Shown: positions 47,821 through 57,728 of the stretch, piece by piece
Numbering within the stretch: the stretch's first letter is position 1
Layout: each line of letters opens with the position of its first letter
NCBI GenBank assembly: GCA_002313635.1
Contig: DCBY01000012.1
Location: 7,859 to 71,858 of the forward strand
Origin: Fusobacteriia bacterium UBA1095
GTDB lineage: Bacteria; Fusobacteriota; Fusobacteriia; Bac17; UBA816
Length of the DNA: 64,000 bases
Direction: 5' to 3'
Program-made: the position numbers and the translations under genes
Notes under the pieces: generated by a model
The model's database searches: none
Told to the model about the DNA's origin: nothing
Seen by the model: only the letters and a program-made list of their open reading frames with translations

Positions 47821-50181
47821 TTACCCTTTGTAGACTATGTCAAAACTAAAAGAGACTTTAGTAAATAGGTTTGGAGAAGAGTTAATATTTATATCTCCTC
47901 CTAACTTGTTTATTATAGCCTTACATATCATCAAGCCTTGCCCAGAACTAAGCATTTTACCCTCAGTATAGAGCTTAAACAGATTACGTTTAGCCTCTTC
48001 ACTCATACCATAGCCATTATCTATTATAGTTATTAGCAACTTTCCATCTTCAATGATGAAGTCCATCTTTATTATCTTTTTTCTGTTCAACTTTGTCTTT
48101 TCAAGAGCTTCAATTGCATTCTTAAATATCATGTTAACTACATTTTTGATGGATTTTTTTGGACCAAACAATTCTGTATCAAGGGGCAAAAGGTAATCTT
48201 CTTCTAACCTTATATCTAGAAAGTGGCATAGCTTTCTTAAGCTAGACATATTATCTTTGATATAGGAGACATCAAAAACCACACTCTCTTCTTCTCCAAC
48301 CATGGATAGGCTCTCTTCTATCTGGTCCATAGATGATTCTAATGACTCTTCTATGCTATCTAGGTATTGAACTATGTCTTCTCTCTCATTCTTGTAGTAT
48401 GATCCATAAATATTTTTAAGCTGTGTTAGAGAGTCAGACAGAGAAAAAAGAGGTATTTTTATCTCATGAACACTATTCTTATGGAATAGCCCCATATTTT
48501 GATATATCTCTATAGCTTTCTCTTTCTCATTTAGAGCCTGCACATTTTTGAAATGCTCTATAACAAACGCAGCTTTACTAGCAAAATCTTTAACCAGGTC
48601 TAGCTCTATTCCCTCATAAAATTCATTTTCTTTACTTATCAAAATAACATAACCTAACATGTTGTCTTGTATGCTAATAGGAATGATAAGCGATGAATTA
48701 GCATTTTTGAAAAATTTAGACATTCCACTCTTGTTAAACATAGAGAAGTAATTCTTCTCTATCTCTTCTTTGTTAGCAATTATGAAGTTAAAAATATCTT
48801 CCTCTTTGTCCTGCAAACTAGGTATTGAGGTCAAAAGCACCATCCCTATATCATTTAAAATGAAGTAAGCTCTGTCATAGTATATATATGATTTAAGTGA
48901 CAGGAGGGCTTTAGAGAATATTTCATCTTTTCTCTCTGAAGTGCCAAGAGCAAACACGAATCTTTCTGAATTCTTATCAATAGCACTTTCAACTCTTGCA
49001 ACATGCATTCTATCCAAAATAAGGGCAAAAACAATTAAAACATCAGATGCTATATCGTAAGATCCAAAGAAGTGTGGAGATAGCCCTACTGTAAAAATAC
49101 CTAAAATCTGTTCCATAACAAAACGAGATATGGAAGATAAAATACCAAACATGTGAACAACAAAAAACAGAGTAGCATATCTGTACCTTATCTTGAACAA
49201 AATCATGAAAAAGAGCTGTGTAACAGCAAGGAAAACAAAGAAAGACAGGTAGTGAAAATAGTAAAAAATACTGTTTCCTGTAACTAACTTAAGCAGGGTT
49301 AAAAGGTTAAAGAAAGTTATTAAGATAAAGCTATTTCTGAAAAAGGAATCTATTTTTCTAGCTTTTATATAAAATCTTCTCCTTAAAAACTCAAGTGCAA
49401 ATTTGAAAAAAGAGTAGACTTGAAGTGTCTTCAATGAGTACCACAGAATAAGGAAATAAAAGAAGCTAGGAAAAATATTTGGATTAGTCCACAGCCATAA
49501 CAGAAGTAAGTTGATAAAGCTGTATATCCCAAAGTATAGGAAGTACACGTACTTAGTGTAGAAACCAACTATAAAAAGGAATATAAATGATAAAACAGAA
49601 AATAAAACTGTCAGCGTGTAGTAACTAGAGGAGTCATAAGAGAACTTCAAGTGTGTATATATATCAACAGCATATAGGTTAGTTTTTATATTGTGCCCTT
49701 GGGTAGGCAATTCAATTACAACTCTAACATTGGATTTAGGTCTTATCTTTATAAAATGACCTTTATCTAGCTTTTGAGACTTCTTTCTTTCAAAATCTTT
49801 CTTTGAATCCTCATTATTGTATCTTTTATCAAAAACGTCATCTATGTACACATAAAATACAAGGTCTGATCCAACTAACTTATTTTGAAACCAACCACCT
49901 AAGAATACTTCATTTTCTTCACTATCATTGAAAAATTCTGATATTATCCAATACTTTCTATTGGTTTTGCTGAAAAGATGTGAATTCCTCTCAAAATTCT
50001 TCCACTCTTTTCTTAGAGATAGAACTTCATCTAAAGAAAGGTCCCCATCTACATCTTCTATATAGTAGGAACTTTTCATAAGATCCATGAATCCAGATTT
50101 AAATCTTCCATCATTATCGGTCCTAATCGAATATGAGAAAGAATTAAGAAGAAATAATAAAATTGGAAAAAGTGCTTTCAT
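47821..50181 (-). CDS. Sensor histidine kinase with N-terminal periplasmic 7TMR-DISMED2-like domain, 7TM region, GAF-like region, HisKA and HATPase_c
   Basis: H-box HEIKIPL. N/G boxes NAIEA...DNGYGM...GQGLMICKAI. Seven closely spaced TM helices around aa 190-370 after a ~170-aa signal-anchored ectodomain. No response regulator gene nearby. Confidence 0.8.
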   Translation of the reverse strand: MKALFPILLFLLNSFSYSIRTDNDGRFKSGFMDLMKSSYYIEDVDGDLSLDEVLSLRKEWKNFERNSHLFSKTNRKYWIISEFFNDSEENEVFLGGWFQNKLVGSDLVFYVYIDDVFDKRYNNEDSKKDFERKKSQKLDKGHFIKIRPKSNVRVVIELPTQGHNIKTNLYAVDIYTHLKFSYDSSSYYTLTVLFSVLSFIFLFIVGFYTKYVYFLYFGIYSFINLLLLWLWTNPNIFPSFFYFLILWYSLKTLQVYSFFKFALEFLRRRFYIKARKIDSFFRNSFILITFFNLLTLLKLVTGNSIFYYFHYLSFFVFLAVTQLFFMILFKIRYRYATLFFVVHMFGILSSISRFVMEQILGIFTVGLSPHFFGSYDIASDVLIVFALILDRMHVARVESAIDKNSERFVFALGTSERKDEIFSKALLSLKSYIYYDRAYFILNDIGMVLLTSIPSLQDKEEDIFNFIIANKEEIEKNYFSMFNKSGMSKFFKNANSSLIIPISIQDNMLGYVILISKENEFYEGIELDLVKDFASKAAFVIEHFKNVQALNEKEKAIEIYQNMGLFHKNSVHEIKIPLFSLSDSLTQLKNIYGSYYKNEREDIVQYLDSIEESLESSMDQIEESLSMVGEEESVVFDVSYIKDNMSSLRKLCHFLDIRLEEDYLLPLDTELFGPKKSIKNVVNMIFKNAIEALEKTKLNRKKIIKMDFIIEDGKLLITIIDNGYGMSEEAKRNLFKLYTEGKMLSSGQGLMICKAIINKLGGDININSSPNLFTKVSFSFDIVYKG

Positions 50182-50269
50182 GAAATTAGGATACCGAATT
50201 TACAAATCTATTTCAAGACAAAAATAAAATAATTTTAAAATTTATCTTTTTTAGTCCAATTTTTATTTT

Positions 50270-50344
50270 CTTTTGCATTTATTCAGCATATTTGGTAGAT
50301 TGTTTTCGCGTTGAAGGCTGCTTTGCAATTCTAGTTAAGGGGGG
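50270..50344 (+). repeat. Promoter+leader unit, copy 1: TTGCAT, 17-nt spacer, TAGATT, then a conserved leader ending in AAGGGGGG (no ATG follows)
   Basis: Roughly 80% identical by eye to the copy at 50856-50930. Followed ~330 nt later by a terminator hairpin at 50671-50701. Confidence 0.5.
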
Positions 50345-50670
50345 ATTTTTTACTAATATCTATTCTTCACAATTTTTATCACTGAGAAAAACTGCGAGCA
50401 ATTCCATTTACAAACCTACTTATTACAGCCTACAATAACATTATCTTTCATTTAGTTTTCAAGTAAGGAAAAATCACCAAATCATTAGGCGAATCTTTTT
50501 CCCAAAAATATCATAAAATTTACGGAAGTATATTCTAACATATTCTCATTTTCACGGCAACGTTTTCGTGTGAAATGAAAAAAATACATTCTTCACGTAA
50601 AAAATAGTGAAATTTCTTCTTTGTCCCCATAGCGGCTTCTTTTAGGAAGCATCTCTTTTACCAAGTATCC

Positions 50671-50701
50671 ATTAACACTACAGCCATAGTGTTAATTTTT
50701 G
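50671..50701 (+). terminator. Rho-independent terminator (attaacact-loop-agtgttaat + TTTTT)
   Basis: 9-bp inverted repeat followed by a T-run. Would terminate a ~400-nt non-coding transcript starting at the copy-1 promoter. Confidence 0.45.
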
Positions 50702-50855
50702 CTAATATGCCTAAACAAAAATACAGAGTAAAATTAAAAAAATATTTTCATAAAATTAAAGTGCGCAAATTATAAGATAATCTTTGAAAAATAAGGGATC
50801 AGAAAACAGAATAATTATTTTAAAGAAATAATTTTTTGAAAATAACAATATTTTT

Positions 50856-50930
50856 CTTTGCATTTATTTAATATATTTGATAGATTAATTGTGCGTTATA
50901 GGTTGCTTTGCAATTCTAAACTAAAGGAGG
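50856..50930 (+). repeat. Promoter+leader unit, copy 2: TTGCAT, 17-nt spacer, TAGATT, then the conserved leader ending in AAGGAGG
   Basis: Paralogous to 50270-50344. Immediately followed by a 20-codon sORF. Confidence 0.5.
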
Positions 50931-50938
50931 AGTTTATT

Positions 50939-51001
50939 ATGAACATTCCAGTTTTCAAGCCTTTACTAAAAGGACCATTTAGCGTTGATATCGCTTGGTA
51001 G
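50939..51001 (+). CDS. Candidate 20-aa micro-ORF MNIPVFKPLLKGPFSVDIAW (possible leader peptide or small protein)
   Basis: Perfect AAGGAGG RBS 8 nt upstream of the ATG. A terminator lies 30 nt downstream. Sits in an otherwise non-coding 900-bp region. Confidence 0.35.
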   Translation: MNIPVFKPLLKGPFSVDIAW

Positions 51002-51031
51002 TATTAAGGCGAATTTTAGTTAATATAAAAA

Positions 51032-51063
51032 AGAGGGAGGTTTTTGACCTCTCTCTTTTTTTG
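51032..51063. terminator. Bidirectional rho-independent terminator (agagggagg-tttttga-cctctctct flanked by an A-run and a T-run)
   Basis: Could serve the plus-strand sORF transcript and the minus-strand 622-aa gene that ends at 51094. Confidence 0.6.
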
Positions 51064-51093
51064 TCTTGTATTAATATTTATATGCAACAAGGA

Positions 51094-52962
51094 CTAATAG
51101 AAATTGGATTCTAGTTTCAGCTCGAATCTATTTTCCTTTTCAATATTAAATTTCATACCACTTTTAGGAAAGGAAGTTAAGAAATTCTCCGTAGTAATCA
51201 CATCTCTATTTCCACTTAATCTTCCTAAATTAAATTCAAAGAAAGAGTTAGCAGCAATTAAGTACCTAATATTGAAAGCAATCCCGAATAGCGATTCTGA
51301 TGACTCATAACCATAGACAAAATTAAAGCTAGAAGAGAGCCTTTCTGTAAATAAATTATACTTAAATAGAGAACAATGCAGGTGAAAAACAATATCTCCA
51401 TCATATAAAATTTTCCCCTTTTTCTGAATATCCATCCCTAGTTCAACAAAATCACTATCATCAAAAACAAAATATTGAACAAGCTTTCCTATACCAAAAT
51501 TTGAATAAAGTACAGACAAAGTTATCCCCTTATCTTCCATCATCTCTAATCCTAGTACGGACGCTTTTATATAATTAAAGTCAAGAAAGCCTACTTCATA
51601 ATCAAAAAATGAACCAAAAATAGATATATGGTCACTAAACTTAACCAAACTTTTGAAGTTAAAGTCGTACAAGCTACCATACCCTTCTACTTTGTAAGAG
51701 TCTTGCATTATACCAAAGCTCAAATACAAATTGGCAAGCATAATTCGAAAATGTGAACTTAGAGAAATTAAGTATTTACTATCTTTTAAGTTATTAGTAT
51801 AGGATATCTTAGGAGAAACATACTTCCCTTCAAACATAGAGGCTTCTATAAACGACGCAGCACTCTTTTTCTTATACTTAATGAAAGAGTTGGCAAACAC
51901 CTCTTTCTCATTGCTCTTACTATCATTGAAATACTGTCCAGCCTCAAATATTCCTGCTCTGATCCGGAAAATATCCAAATCTACATCGGTGTAAAGAAGT
52001 ATGGCATCGGTAGGTGCTAGTCTTAAAATAGGTACAGTAGACATATTACCTGAAGCTCCATAGGTGGCATTTTCCATGCTATTTACAGAGGTAAGGTAGC
52101 TCAATCTAACAAAACTTAAGTTGGGAAAAGAAGTTTTAAAGAAAATACTTGAATCCAAGGAGAGGATCCCAGAACTAGATAACCTATCTTCTAAAGATAT
52201 TTCAGTTCTTGAACTAGCTACAATCTCATCAAAATAGTTTATGTTGAAGTTGAAATCTACACCATTATCCAAGCTAAATTTGTTGTCTAATGTAAGTAAG
52301 ACATCGCTTTTAAATACGTTCTGTTCTGAATCGTCTGATCCTAACAAAAATACAATATTTGATCTATAAATTTTATGTGCAAAAGAGTAATTTATCAAAA
52401 AGCCTTCTCTAGGTTTAGCAACAGGAGAGTAGTAAGAAACTAAAAAATCAGATGAAGATGGAAGTTGTGCATCACCTGAGAAAAAAGAGATACTAGCTCT
52501 GTTAATTTTAAATAAAAGATTAAACCTGTAAAGGGGTAAATTTGTCATAGACACTTCTAAGTTAGAGACCATATTTTCTAAACATAGATTGGCCCTTAAT
52601 CCCACTAAGGGCTTTGAAGAACCAAGAGTAGCACACGGAAAGTATGCTAAATACTCATTACTGTTTTCATTCGAAAGAAAAGAGCCTTTAAAATTTATAT
52701 TATTGAAGATGGACAATCTCAGTTGTTCTTCCTTTTCACTAACTGCTTCTAAATTCTTTACCTGCTCTAATTCCTCATATATATTAGATATTTTATATTC
52801 ATGTTCTGAGGAGAGTGATGCAACTTCTGACAAAACACTCTTAATAGGCGCAACATCAGGATTTTCCAACAAAATCTCTTTGTCTTTAATTGGCACACTA
52901 GCCTTACTATCATCCTCACTTCTCTCACAAGATACAAAAAGAATCAAAAATAAAAGTATCAT
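51094..52962 (-). CDS. Hypothetical lipoprotein / putative outer-membrane protein (622 aa)
   Basis: Lipobox LFVSCE. Beta-rich composition. C-terminal ...LKLESNFY with a terminal aromatic residue. Lies directly downstream of gyrA. Confidence 0.55.
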   Translation of the reverse strand: MILLFLILFVSCERSEDDSKASVPIKDKEILLENPDVAPIKSVLSEVASLSSEHEYKISNIYEELEQVKNLEAVSEKEEQLRLSIFNNINFKGSFLSNENSNEYLAYFPCATLGSSKPLVGLRANLCLENMVSNLEVSMTNLPLYRFNLLFKINRASISFFSGDAQLPSSSDFLVSYYSPVAKPREGFLINYSFAHKIYRSNIVFLLGSDDSEQNVFKSDVLLTLDNKFSLDNGVDFNFNINYFDEIVASSRTEISLEDRLSSSGILSLDSSIFFKTSFPNLSFVRLSYLTSVNSMENATYGASGNMSTVPILRLAPTDAILLYTDVDLDIFRIRAGIFEAGQYFNDSKSNEKEVFANSFIKYKKKSAASFIEASMFEGKYVSPKISYTNNLKDSKYLISLSSHFRIMLANLYLSFGIMQDSYKVEGYGSLYDFNFKSLVKFSDHISIFGSFFDYEVGFLDFNYIKASVLGLEMMEDKGITLSVLYSNFGIGKLVQYFVFDDSDFVELGMDIQKKGKILYDGDIVFHLHCSLFKYNLFTERLSSSFNFVYGYESSESLFGIAFNIRYLIAANSFFEFNLGRLSGNRDVITTENFLTSFPKSGMKFNIEKENRFELKLESNFY

Positions 52963-52973
52963 CTTACCTCACT

Positions 52974-55385
52974 CTATATCCTAAGTTTGGCCATATCCAC
53001 AACAGTCTCTTCTTCTCTCAGCTTCATTATTCTAACACCCTGGGTAGCTCTACCAGTAGTAGAAATGTTTTTAGATATAGTCCTTATTATGGAACCCTTT
53101 GAAGTTATCAATATAACCTCATCCTCTGGAGATACATCCTCAGTAGTTATAACCCTACCTGTTTTTTCTGTAACTCTCATGTTGATAACTCCCTTTCCAC
53201 CTCTGGAAATTATCCTATAATTAGATATTTTACTCTTCTTACCATAACCTTTTTCAGAAATAGTTAGCACTTGAGTTTCAGGAGAAGATACGGCTACTCC
53301 AGCTACTACCTTATCCTCTGATCTAAGGTTAATTCCCTTCACACCGAATGAGTTTCTACCAGAACCTCTTACATCTGCAGACTTAAATCTAATAGAATAA
53401 CCATTTCTGGTTGCCATTAATATGTTATCGTCCTCATTCACCAACAGGGTATTTATCAAATCATCACTAGGCCTCAATTTTATAGCTATAATTCCAGACT
53501 TATTAATGTTTTTAAACAGATTTAGACTTGTCTTCTTGACTATACCGGCCGTTGTTACAAAAATTAAGTTCTTATCCTCACTCATATCTCTTGTCTTTAT
53601 AATGGACTTAACTCTCTCTCCTACACTTAGAGGAACTATATTAGAGAAGAGTCTTCCCTTTGAAGAACGGCTCAGTTCAGGAATATCATAAACCTTTATG
53701 CTGTAAACTTTTCCTCTATTTGTAAATAGTAGAAGGGTATCTAAATTTTTGGCATAAGTTGCACTTCTTAGGAAGTCTTCATCTGAAAGATTTTGACCTA
53801 TATAACCCTTACCTCCTCTATTCTGTGTCTTATAGTTGTCAAGATTTATTCTCTTAACATAACCTCTATTTGTTATAGTTATCAAGACATGATCATCACT
53901 TATCATATCTTCTATAGAGATGTTATCTATGTCTCCAACTATCTCACTTCTTCTTTTGTCACCATAGTTATCCTTTATCTCTCTAAGTTCTTTCTTTATT
54001 ATGTCATAAATCCTAGACTCATCTTGCAATATTGCTTTTAGTTCTTTTATACTTTCCTCTAAAGATGCTATCTCTTCATCCAACTTTTCAACTTCTAAGC
54101 TGGTAAGTTTTTGAAGTCTCATCTCCAATATTGCTTTTGCTTGTACTTCACTCAAGTCAAATCTTACCATTAAAGTACCATGAGCTTCTTTAACATCTTT
54201 AGAAGATTTAATTATCCTTACAACTTCATCAATATTGGATATAGCTATTTTAAATCCTAAAAGTATATGGTATCTTCTCTCAGCTTTATCCAACTCAAAT
54301 TGTGTTCTTCTAGTTACAACTTCAAACCTATGAGATGTATGAAGACCAATTATCTCCTTTAGATTAAGGACTTTTGGGATATTTTTGTCTAAGGCAAGCA
54401 TAATAGCACCAAAGGTTACCTCTAAGTTAGTGAATTTATAGATTTTATTTAAAACTATATCTGCATCCTCTCCCTTTTTAACCTCTATATATATTCTTAT
54501 CCCATTCCTATCTGATTCATCTCTCAAATCAGAGATACCTTCTAATTTTTTTTCTCTAGCTAAATCAGCTATTTGCTCTACAAGTTTGGACTTGTTTACC
54601 TGATAGGGAAGCTCTGTTATTATTATTGACTCTACTCCAGATTTGCTCTCCTCTATATGAGCTCTTCCTCTAACCTTCATTTTTCCTCTACCCTTAGTAT
54701 AGGTATCTATAAGTCCTTGCTTTCCATATACTATCCCAGCTGTAGGAAAGTCAGGTCCTTTTACATACTCCATAAGTTCTAAAGCTGTTATCTCCATATT
54801 ATCTATATAAGCTAAAGTTGCATCAATAACTTCAGAAAGGTTGTGTGGAGGAATGTTGGTAGCCATACCTACAGCTATACCTGAAGATCCATTCAGAAGA
54901 AGGTTAGGAACTTTAGCAGGAAGAACTTCTGGCTCATACAGTGTCTCATCAAAATTCTTTCTAAAAGGAACAGTGTTTTTGTCAATGTCAACGATAAGTT
55001 CATTAGTAATTTTAGTCATTCTAACTTCTGTATATCTTAGAGATGCTGCAGAGTCACCATCTACAGATCCAAAATTACCTTGACCATCAATTAGAAGATG
55101 TCTTGTATTAAAGTTTTGTGCCATTCTAACCATAGAATTATAAACAGCTTGGTCACCATGAGGGTGATACTTAGCAAGTACATCCCCAACTACTCTTGCG
55201 GATTTTTTGTAAGGCCTGTTGTAGTTCATACCATTTTCATTCATTGAAAATAGTATTCTTCTATGAACAGGTTTTAACCCATCTCTGACATCTGGCAGTG
55301 CTCTACCTACAATGACACTCATCGAGTAATCTAAATAAGATTTCTTTATTTCATTCTCTATAAATACTTTAATATCTTCTGACAT
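52974..55385 (-). CDS. gyrA: DNA gyrase subunit A
   Basis: AMRYTE-like active-site region [12 protein letters not shown] and QRD-like region [17 protein letters not shown]. 803 aa with a beta-pinwheel C-terminal domain. Confidence 0.95.
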   Translation of the reverse strand: MSEDIKVFIENEIKKSYLDYSMSVIVGRALPDVRDGLKPVHRRILFSMNENGMNYNRPYKKSARVVGDVLAKYHPHGDQAVYNSMVRMAQNFNTRHLLIDGQGNFGSVDGDSAASLRYTEVRMTKITNELIVDIDKNTVPFRKNFDETLYEPEVLPAKVPNLLLNGSSGIAVGMATNIPPHNLSEVIDATLAYIDNMEITALELMEYVKGPDFPTAGIVYGKQGLIDTYTKGRGKMKVRGRAHIEESKSGVESIIITELPYQVNKSKLVEQIADLAREKKLEGISDLRDESDRNGIRIYIEVKKGEDADIVLNKIYKFTNLEVTFGAIMLALDKNIPKVLNLKEIIGLHTSHRFEVVTRRTQFELDKAERRYHILLGFKIAISNIDEVVRIIKSSKDVKEAHGTLMVRFDLSEVQAKAILEMRLQKLTSLEVEKLDEEIASLEESIKELKAILQDESRIYDIIKKELREIKDNYGDKRRSEIVGDIDNISIEDMISDDHVLITITNRGYVKRINLDNYKTQNRGGKGYIGQNLSDEDFLRSATYAKNLDTLLLFTNRGKVYSIKVYDIPELSRSSKGRLFSNIVPLSVGERVKSIIKTRDMSEDKNLIFVTTAGIVKKTSLNLFKNINKSGIIAIKLRPSDDLINTLLVNEDDNILMATRNGYSIRFKSADVRGSGRNSFGVKGINLRSEDKVVAGVAVSSPETQVLTISEKGYGKKSKISNYRIISRGGKGVINMRVTEKTGRVITTEDVSPEDEVILITSKGSIIRTISKNISTTGRATQGVRIMKLREEETVVDMAKLRI

Positions 55386-55395
55386 TTTTCTCCTT

Positions 55396-57297
55396 TTAAA
55401 TATCTAAATTTTCTACATAAAGAGCGTTCTTCTCAATAAACTCTCTTCTGTCACTCACTTCATCTCCCATGAGCATTGTGAATAGTCTATCAGCTTCTAC
55501 AGCATCTTCAACTGTAACTTGAAATAACCTTCTATTCTCTTTATTCATAGTAGTCTCCCAAAGCTGGTCAGTATTCATTTCACCCAGACCCTTGTATCTC
55601 TGTATGTCAAAGGAGTCTTTACCGTTTGTCTTTTCACGAAGATCTTCTTCATCGTAGCAATAAATTATCTTTTTACCCCTCTTAATTCCATATAGGGGTG
55701 GATTAGCCTTGTAGACATTACCATTAGTTATAAGCTCTGACATGAATCTATAGAAGAATGTAAGAAGAAGAGTTGCTATATGAGCTCCGTCAACGTCAGC
55801 ATCCGTCATTATTATTATTTTTGAATATCTAAGCTTATCAATATTAAATTCATCACCTATACCTGCACCAAACGCAGTTATCATATTTCTTATTTCTTCG
55901 TTAGAAAGGGCCTTGGCAAGACCAGATTTCTCAACATTTAGAACCTTACCTTTTAAAGGAAGTACAGCTTGTGTCTTCCTATCTCTAGCATTTTTTGTAG
56001 TTCCTCCCGCTGATTCACCCTCTACCAGGTATATCTCACTTTCAAAAGGATCTTTTGATGAACAATCGTACAACTTTCCAGGAAGTGTAGAGACCTCAAG
56101 AGGATTCTTTCTAAGAACCATCTCTCTTGCTTTCTTCGCAGCTTCTCTTGCTTTCTTAGATAACAACATCCTATCAACCAATACTTTTGGAACCTTAGGT
56201 TTATCTAAAAAATAATCTTTTAGCTTTTCAAGCATCATTGCAGAAACTATACCTGATACCTTAGAATTTCCTAGCTTTGTCTTAGTTTGTCCTTCAAATT
56301 GAGGTTCAGGAATTTTTACACTTACTATTGCAACTATTCCTTCTCTAACATCGCTACCAACAAATCCATCTTTACTATTCTTGAAGTAACCTAACTCTTT
56401 AGCAGCATCATTGAAGACTCTAGTAAGCGAAGACTTAAATCCACTAACGTGAGTTCCTCCCTCATGCGTATTTATGTTGTTAACAAAAGAGAATATACTC
56501 TCCTTTTGTCTGTTGTTATAGACAATAGCTACCTCGATTGATGCATCCTTTGATTCAGATTTCATGTAAATAGGTTCAATTAAATTCTCTTGATCTCTAG
56601 TTATGTCCTTAACAAAGTCAACTATACCTCCCTCAAAGTAGAAATCATTTTTTAATATATTTTCATAATCTCTCTCATCACTTACCAAAATTCTTAGTCC
56701 CTTGTTAAGATAAGCAAGTTCCTTACACCTCTTAGATATTGTCTCAAAAGAGAAGTCAACAGTCTCAAAAATGGTAGGTTCAGCTTTGAACCTAACGGTA
56801 GTCCCTGTATTTTCTGCATCACCAATAATTTTTATCTCTTCTTCAGGAACTCCAAGATTGTACTTTTGATAATGAACTTTGCCATCTCTCTTAATTTCTG
56901 CTTCAAGCCAGGTAGATAGGGCATTCACAACAGAGACACCCACACCATGAAGTCCTCCTGATATCTTATACCCTTTGTTCTCAAACTTACCTCCAGCATG
57001 AAGAACAGTCATAACAATCTCTAATGCTGATTTATTATGCTTAGAATTTTTTTCTACAGGAATACCTCTACCATTGTCTGATATTTCAATAATATTGTCT
57101 GGTAAAATTCTAACATTTATAACATCACAATAACCTGCTAAAGCCTCGTCAACACTGTTGTCAACTACTTCATAAACAAGATGGTGTAATCCTCTCTCTG
57201 AGGTAGATCCAATATACATACCCGGTCTTTTACGGACAGCATCCAGTCCCTCCAGGACGGTTATATCATTAGCACCATATTCTTCTCTTTTTTTCAA
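55396..57297 (-). CDS. gyrB: DNA gyrase subunit B
   Basis: GHKL ATPase (GLHHLVYEVVDNSVDE, GLHGVGVSVVNALS), TOPRIM (EGESAGG) and PLKGKVLNVEK. 633 aa. Confidence 0.95.
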   Translation of the reverse strand: MKKREEYGANDITVLEGLDAVRKRPGMYIGSTSERGLHHLVYEVVDNSVDEALAGYCDVINVRILPDNIIEISDNGRGIPVEKNSKHNKSALEIVMTVLHAGGKFENKGYKISGGLHGVGVSVVNALSTWLEAEIKRDGKVHYQKYNLGVPEEEIKIIGDAENTGTTVRFKAEPTIFETVDFSFETISKRCKELAYLNKGLRILVSDERDYENILKNDFYFEGGIVDFVKDITRDQENLIEPIYMKSESKDASIEVAIVYNNRQKESIFSFVNNINTHEGGTHVSGFKSSLTRVFNDAAKELGYFKNSKDGFVGSDVREGIVAIVSVKIPEPQFEGQTKTKLGNSKVSGIVSAMMLEKLKDYFLDKPKVPKVLVDRMLLSKKAREAAKKAREMVLRKNPLEVSTLPGKLYDCSSKDPFESEIYLVEGESAGGTTKNARDRKTQAVLPLKGKVLNVEKSGLAKALSNEEIRNMITAFGAGIGDEFNIDKLRYSKIIIMTDADVDGAHIATLLLTFFYRFMSELITNGNVYKANPPLYGIKRGKKIIYCYDEEDLREKTNGKDSFDIQRYKGLGEMNTDQLWETTMNKENRRLFQVTVEDAVEADRLFTMLMGDEVSDRREFIEKNALYVENLDI

Positions 57298-57728
57298 ACT
57301 TCCTCCGATCTCATTCTGGTTAAAGAGTAAGAAGATATACTCTCCAATCTCTCTCTTAAATCCCTATCTTTTATCCTAGAAAATAGATTCTTGGTATTAA
57401 AGAGCTTTTCTCCTACATATTTTACATTCTGGTTATAAAAAGCTAAGTTCTCTGATGAAGACCTACTGTAAGACGTATTTAGGATTTTTACTCTCTTAAT
57501 CTGTACGCCCATTTTTTCTCTGATATTTTTCATTATATCATGTCTTAGAGCATTTATGTGATGAGACCAAGAAGGAGATAAAACGTATATAAAAAGCACT
57601 CCTCTTTCTATTTTCTGAGGAGAACACTTTTCAGAAAGCCTCTCACCCACTATTGATCTCCATAGTACCCCTATGTTGCACTTACCTAAACATTGATCTG
57701 TATCCGATATTTTCTTCAAAGATATCAT
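57294..57728 (-). CDS. DUF721-like protein (the small gene conserved upstream of gyrB)
   Basis: 144 aa. WRSIVGE...GVLFIYVLSPSWSHHINALRHDI follows the DUF721 pattern. ATGA overlaps with both gyrB and dnaA. Confidence 0.5.
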   Translation of the reverse strand: MISLKKISDTDQCLGKCNIGVLWRSIVGERLSEKCSPQKIERGVLFIYVLSPSWSHHINALRHDIMKNIREKMGVQIKRVKILNTSYSRSSSENLAFYNQNVKYVGEKLFNTKNLFSRIKDRDLRERLESISSYSLTRMRSEEV

